From Bacteroidota bacterium (GTDB lineage: Bacteria > Bacteroidota > Bacteroidia > 2-12-FULL-35-15), in NCBI GenBank assembly GCA_025363555.1, contig JANYDQ010000157.1, positions 2,247-66,246 on the forward strand: a stretch of 64,000 nt of DNA. Reading direction: 5' to 3'. A model generated the notes under the pieces. The model did no database searches, had not been told where the DNA came from, and saw only the letters and a list, made by a program, of their open reading frames with translations. Positions 59,069 to 64,000 of this stretch are shown one piece after another. A program made the translations under genes and the position numbers. Positions within the stretch are counted from its first letter, which is position 1. Every line of letters begins with the position of its first letter.

Positions 59069-60439
59069 ATGAAAAAAATAATTTGGATAATCATTGCAGG
59101 AGTTGGAGTATTGGTAGCAGTTATAATGCTTAAAAACTGTTCCGGAAGCAAAGCACTTTCTGTTACTACTGAAAAAATTCAGAAAAGAAATATTATTGAA
59201 ACGGTTTCTGCCAACGGGAAAATTCAGCCGGAAGTGGAGGTAAAAATAAGTTCGGATGTATCAGGCGAGATAGTAGAGTTATATGTAAAAGAAGGCGATC
59301 AGGTTAAAAAAGGAGATTTGTTATGCAGAATTAATCCGTTGATTTACGAATCGTCTTTAAACCGGATGCAGGCAACACTCAATGGCGCAAAAGCAAGCCT
59401 GGCAAATTCAAAAGCACGAACAGAACAGATAAAAGCATCGTTTGCCAATATTGAGTCCACTTACGAACGCAACAAAAAACTATTTGACCAGAAAGCCATT
59501 TCTCAATCGGATTTTGATGCTGCCAAAGCTGCCTACGAAGGAGCCAAAGCAGATGTGAAAGGCTCGGAAGACAATGTGGATGCTTCGGATTATAATGTAA
59601 AAAGCACGGAAGCCTCCTTGAAAGAAGCAACGGATAACCTTGCTAAAACAAACATATATTCCCCGGTAAACGGAACGGTTTCCAAATTAAATAAAGAAAA
59701 AGGAGAACGGGTGGTAGGTACGGCACAGATGGAAGGAACGGAAATTATGCGCCTTGCCAACCTGAATGAAATGGAAGTGAATGTAGATGTAAATGAAAAT
59801 GATATAGTAAGAGTTCACAATGGCGATACATCATTAATAGAAGTAGATGCTTACCTCGACAGAAAATTTAAAGGCATTGTTACAGAAATTGCAAACTCTG
59901 CAAACACAACAGGGGTAACGGCTGAACAGGTAACTAACTTTACAGTTAAGATTAGAATTTTGCAGGAATCATATATGGATTTATTTAATGCTGAAAAAAC
60001 AAATGCGCCTTTCCGTCCGGGCATGAGTGCTACAGTGGATGTGCAAACTAAAAAAGCAAGCAATGTTCTTACAGTTCCTATCCAGGCAGTAACTACACGC
60101 TCTGACAGTTCGGGATTTAAAAAGAAAGACATGGATAAGAAAGAAGAAAACGAACCGGATGGAATAGTGATAAGAGATGAAAAAAATAAAAATAAGGATA
60201 ATAGTAAAGACGTAATAAAAGTGGATGAGTGTGTGTTTTTATATGTGGATGGAAAAGCAAAACTGATAAAGGTGAAAGCAGGTATCCAGGATAATAACTA
60301 CATAGAAATAAAAGAAGGAGTGAAAGAAGGTGATGAAATAATTTCGGGTCCTTATGGAGCAGTATCAAAGGTATTGAAAGAAGGAAACGAAGTAAAAAAG
60401 GTGGATAAATCGGAGCTGTTTTCCGCTTCTAAAAAATAG
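59069..60439 (+). CDS. Efflux periplasmic adaptor (MacA/HlyD family)
   Basis: VSANGKIQPEVEVKISSDVSGEI.EL.VKEGD.VKKG, IYSP.NG.V, FRPGMSA.V. Confidence 0.92.
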   Translation: MKKIIWIIIAGVGVLVAVIMLKNCSGSKALSVTTEKIQKRNIIETVSANGKIQPEVEVKISSDVSGEIVELYVKEGDQVKKGDLLCRINPLIYESSLNRMQATLNGAKASLANSKARTEQIKASFANIESTYERNKKLFDQKAISQSDFDAAKAAYEGAKADVKGSEDNVDASDYNVKSTEASLKEATDNLAKTNIYSPVNGTVSKLNKEKGERVVGTAQMEGTEIMRLANLNEMEVNVDVNENDIVRVHNGDTSLIEVDAYLDRKFKGIVTEIANSANTTGVTAEQVTNFTVKIRILQESYMDLFNAEKTNAPFRPGMSATVDVQTKKASNVLTVPIQAVTTRSDSSGFKKKDMDKKEENEPDGIVIRDEKNKNKDNSKDVIKVDECVFLYVDGKAKLIKVKAGIQDNNYIEIKEGVKEGDEIISGPYGAVSKVLKEGNEVKKVDKSELFSASKK

Positions 60440-60442
60440 AGA

Positions 60443-61144
60443 ATGCCACTCATACTTAACCTTGAAACAGCAACCACCGCATGTAGTGTTTCATTATCAA
60501 AAGATGGCGAACTGTTAGGTTTAAAAGAAATTAATGGCGATTATTCTCATGCCGAAAACCTTACTGTGTTTATTGAAGATGTTTTTAAGCAAGCAAATTT
60601 AAAGCTGCAAGATGTGGATGCAATAGCCGTAAGCCAAGGTCCCGGCTCTTATACCGGATTACGAATTGGAGTCAGCACCGCCAAGGGTTTATGTTATTCG
60701 TTAGACAAACCATTGATTGCAGTAGATACCTTACAACATATCGCTCTTTCTGTAATAACAAATCTCAAATCCCAAATCTTAAATCTCAATACTCTATTTT
60801 GTCCGATGCTGGATGCAAGAAGAATGGAAGTATATTGTGCAATATATGATATTAATATTAATTGTGTAATGCAAACTTCTGCATTAATTATTGATGAAAA
60901 TTCTTTTGCTGATACTCTAAAAGAAAACACTATTTATTTATTTGGCGATGGTGCCGCAAAATGCAGGGAAGTTTTATCTGCCAATAAAAATGTATTCTTC
61001 ATGGACGATATCTTCCCTTCTGCAAAAAACATGATTACCCTTTCTGAAAAGGCTTATAATAATAAGCAATTTGAGGATGTAGCCTATTTCGAACCCTTTT
61101 ACCTGAAAGATTTTCTGATTGGAAAAAAGAAAGCAGAAAAATAA
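60443..61144 (+). CDS. tsaB: tRNA threonylcarbamoyladenosine biosynthesis protein TsaB
   Basis: LETAT..CSV, HAE.L, VSQGPGSYTGLRIG, DARRMEVY, EPFYLK. Confidence 0.95.
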   Translation: MPLILNLETATTACSVSLSKDGELLGLKEINGDYSHAENLTVFIEDVFKQANLKLQDVDAIAVSQGPGSYTGLRIGVSTAKGLCYSLDKPLIAVDTLQHIALSVITNLKSQILNLNTLFCPMLDARRMEVYCAIYDININCVMQTSALIIDENSFADTLKENTIYLFGDGAAKCREVLSANKNVFFMDDIFPSAKNMITLSEKAYNNKQFEDVAYFEPFYLKDFLIGKKKAEK

Positions 61145-61184
61145 AAATGGGTGAGAGAAAGGCATGCTTTCTTCTCACCCATTT
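61145..61184. terminator. Bidirectional terminator between tsaB and the DUF1003 gene
   Basis: AAATGGGTGAGA-GAAAG / CTTTC-T-TCTCACCCATTT stem-loop between convergent genes. Confidence 0.78.
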
Positions 61185-61205
61185 ATCTTTAAAGGTTGCT
61201 AATCC

Positions 61206-61661
61206 TTATTGTTTCTTGTCAATGTGCTCCAAAATCTGCACTATCAGTTTGTTTTGATTTTCCAGGTGCATTAAAATGGTTTCAATCTCATTTTCCGCTT
61301 TTGTATTTACATCAAAATCTGCTTCGGCTCGCGCTTCAGAATGGCTTGATTGCAGATTTTGCCCAATCATAATTAAAGGCATTAGGAAAATTTGAATCAT
61401 ATTGGATAAAAATAACCAAAGCACAAAAGCAGGGAAAGGATCGAATCGCAAGGACGGAGGAGAAAGGGCATTCCATCCCAGCCAGCAAACGGTCCAGATA
61501 AAAATAATGATAAAAAAACCCATGGTGCCAACATGGTTGGTTATCCATAAAGCTAACTTATCCAGTTTTTTTAATTTTTGTTTCCGCTCTATATTAACAT
61601 TTCGAAGCGGTTTGCGAAGTTTCTTTATCTCTTCTAAAGACAGCGGTTGGTGTTTTTGCAT
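61206..61661 (-). CDS. DUF1003 domain membrane protein
   Basis: DK.A..IT..VGT..F, FDPFP.F.L, QIFLMPLIMIGQN, AE.DF..N.KAE.EI. Confidence 0.88.
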   Translation of the reverse strand: MQKHQPLSLEEIKKLRKPLRNVNIERKQKLKKLDKLALWITNHVGTMGFFIIIFIWTVCWLGWNALSPPSLRFDPFPAFVLWLFLSNMIQIFLMPLIMIGQNLQSSHSEARAEADFDVNTKAENEIETILMHLENQNKLIVQILEHIDKKQ

Positions 61662-61897
61662 ATAAATTGTGTTTTAAAATTGGTGCAAGGTAAGACTTAA
61701 AATGGAAGTATAAAAAGAGAATTTTGGTAAATATTAATTGTTTTATTCTATATTTGCACCCCCAAATTAAAAAAGGGGAGATTTTAGAAATGAAGAATTA
61801 GTGATTTGGAGAATTGGAAAAATAGTAAGTAATTCAATTCTTTATTTCTCCAATCAACAAATCAACAATTTTATAACAACAATTTAATTTAAAAATC

Positions 61898-64000
61898 ATG
61901 CAAAACAAAGGTGCTATCAGGTTATTTGCCATTTTACTGACTATAGCTTGTGCTTATTATTTAATGTTTACTTATGTTGCCAATAACATAGTAAAAGATG
62001 CGGATGTGTATGCAACTGATTACATTAACACTTCCAAGGTACAAACCGCAGCAGCTAAATCTTCTACCAATGCGGCAGAAAAAAACACTTGGCTGGATTC
62101 TGTTCTTAATTACAGGAAAAACTGTTACCTCGATTCTTTAAAAAAGAAAGTAGTTTATAATTTATTCATCACCGATTATACGTATGATGATGTGAAAAAA
62201 CGCCAGTTAAATCTCGGACTGGATTTAAAAGGTGGTATGAACGTAACGCTGGAAGTGTCGGTGGGTGAAATTATCCGCGGACTTTCTAACAACAGTAACG
62301 ACCCTACCTTTATACAGGCAATTGATAAAGCTAATGAAGATATTAAAACTTCGAATAAAGATTATGTAACTCTTTTTGGGGAAGAGTTTCATAAAATAAA
62401 TCCAAATGCAAAACTGGCCATTAACTTTTTGACTATTGAATTGAAAGGTAAAATAGACATGACTTCTACAGACGAAGAGGTGTTAAAATTTATTCGTGAA
62501 AGAGTAGAGGATGCTATTTCTACTTCTGAAAATACGTTACGTGCCCGTATTGATAAATTTGGAGTTACTCAACCTAACATTCAGCGCCTAGCTTCTTCGG
62601 GTCGTATATTAATTGAATTGCCGGGGGTTACCGATAAAAATCGTATCCGTAAATTATTACAGGGAACCGCTAATCTTGAATTCTGGGAAACGTATGATAA
62701 CAAAGAAATTTACCCGATTCTGGAAAAAGCAAATACCCGCTTAAAAGAAATTTTGACTCCAAACGATACTGCTGCGAAAAAAGATACTGCTGTGGTTGCA
62801 AAAGTGGAAGACAAAAAAACGGATGCTAAAACAGATAAGAAAAAAATAAAAAAAGGCGATAAGGATAAAAAGGAATTAGCAAAAACAGATTCTCTTAAAA
62901 CTAAATCGGATTCTGCTAAGTCGTTAGACAAACAATTAGGTTTAGGAAAAACAGATACTGCCAAAAAAGCGAAAGGAACCAAGGCAGATACTATTGCAAA
63001 ATTAAGAAGAGAAAATCCTTTGTTTGCCGTATTAACACCTTCTACCAATCGTAATGCTCAAAATCAGCAGGAATTGGGCCAAGGTCCTGTTATTGGTTAC
63101 ACTGCTATAAAAGATACAGGTTTGGTAAATCAGTATTTGCGCATGGCAAAAATAAGAGGGTTGTTTACCAACATCAAATTTTTATGGACATTCAAAGCCA
63201 TTGACAAAGAAGAAACTACTTTGCAACTGGTTGCTATACATGTTACCCGTAAGGACGGCAAATCTCCTCTTTATGGCGATATCATTACCGAAGCTCGTGT
63301 GGTATATGAGCAGGCAGGTGGCGGTACTCCTCAAATATCAATGAACATGACTTCTGATGCTTCTTTGGTTTGGAAACATTTAACTAAAGATAATATCGGA
63401 AAATCCATTGCCATTGTTTTAGATAACAGTGTGTATTCTTTCCCAACTGTTCAAAACGAAATCTCCGGGGGAAGCTCTTCTATTACCGGAAACTTTACAC
63501 AGGATGAGGCAAAAGATTTAGTAAACATATTAAAAGCAGGTAAATTACCTGCAACTGCCCGTATCGTTCAGGAAGTAGTGGTAGGAGCTACATTAGGAGC
63601 TGAAGCAGTTCACAAAGGATTGTTCTCAACCGTTATAGCATTAATATTAGTGCTTTTGTTCATGGGCTTTTATTATAACAAAGCAGGCTGGGTGGCAGAT
63701 TTTGCCATGATTATCAATAATTTTTTTGTAATCGGTATTCTCGCCTCGTTCTCTGCCGTATTAACATTGCCGGGTATTGCAGGTATCGTACTAACCATTG
63801 CCATGTCGGTGGATGCAAATATTCTTATTTTTGAGCGGGTAAGGGAAGAACTCGCCATGGGCAAAGCAACCGGACTGGCAATTAAAGAAGGTTATCGCAA
63901 TGCAATGTCATCCGTAATCGACTCTCACGTTACCGGTTTATTATTAGGTATTATATTATATGTGTTCGGTACAGGTCCTATCCAGGGTTTTGCCACTACT
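61898..64000 (+). CDS. secDF: Protein translocase subunit SecDF (3' end outside window; absent from ORF track)
   Basis: ATG 61898 gives MQNKGAIRLFAILL; LNLGLDLKGGMNVTLEV, RIDKFGVTQPNIQ, IELPGV, IAIVLD, LTLPGIAGIVLTIAMSVDANILIFER; TATATTTG promoter element at 61749-61756. Confidence 0.96.
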   Translation, partial: MQNKGAIRLFAILLTIACAYYLMFTYVANNIVKDADVYATDYINTSKVQTAAAKSSTNAAEKNTWLDSVLNYRKNCYLDSLKKKVVYNLFITDYTYDDVKKRQLNLGLDLKGGMNVTLEVSVGEIIRGLSNNSNDPTFIQAIDKANEDIKTSNKDYVTLFGEEFHKINPNAKLAINFLTIELKGKIDMTSTDEEVLKFIRERVEDAISTSENTLRARIDKFGVTQPNIQRLASSGRILIELPGVTDKNRIRKLLQGTANLEFWETYDNKEIYPILEKANTRLKEILTPNDTAAKKDTAVVAKVEDKKTDAKTDKKKIKKGDKDKKELAKTDSLKTKSDSAKSLDKQLGLGKTDTAKKAKGTKADTIAKLRRENPLFAVLTPSTNRNAQNQQELGQGPVIGYTAIKDTGLVNQYLRMAKIRGLFTNIKFLWTFKAIDKEETTLQLVAIHVTRKDGKSPLYGDIITEARVVYEQAGGGTPQISMNMTSDASLVWKHLTKDNIGKSIAIVLDNSVYSFPTVQNEISGGSSSITGNFTQDEAKDLVNILKAGKLPATARIVQEVVVGATLGAEAVHKGLFSTVIALILVLLFMGFYYNKAGWVADFAMIINNFFVIGILASFSAVLTLPGIAGIVLTIAMSVDANILIFERVREELAMGKATGLAIKEGYRNAMSSVIDSHVTGLLLGIILYVFGTGPIQGFATT

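Noticed and set aside
967..63864. Numerous 60-185 aa ORFs antisense or out of frame within long genes (e.g. 967-1413, 22003-22560, 24144-24638, 25236-25793, 42728-43123, 62710-63048)
   Set aside because: They are shadows of well-supported genes on the other strand or frame and show no recognisable motifs.

Overview
AT-rich chromosomal window from a Bacteroidota bacterium, judged from T9SS C-terminal sorting domains, TAnnTTTG promoter elements and the purH-mreBCD-mrdA-rodA order. From left to right it holds: (1) the end of sdhA and sdhB, interrupted by a four-helix-bundle (TIGR02436/Avd-like) gene embedded in inverted heptamer tandem repeats; (2) four tandem T9SS cargo genes (SprB-repeat, propeller, unknown, LRR); (3) a desaturase, a small membrane protein and an ABC permease; (4) an orphan 227-aa gene with its own ECF-type promoter and terminator next to a 9 x 21-bp palindromic array; (5) a ~23-kb copper/heavy-metal island (17.5-40.7 kb); (6) housekeeping genes purH, mreBCD, mrdA, rodA, lnt, lpdA, hemH, an aminotransferase, tolC/MFP, tsaB and partial secDF. 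The island has two blocks, each headed by a Cys-rich, Pro-Pro-tailed leader-like ORF. It encodes T9SS-secreted His-rich proteins, a split CusA, CusB x2, TolC, P1B-3 and P2 ATPases, DUF2231 and a multicopper oxidase. No rRNA, tRNA, CRISPR array, integrase, transposase or reverse transcriptase was recognised. Family names come from motif recognition by eye, not from database searches.
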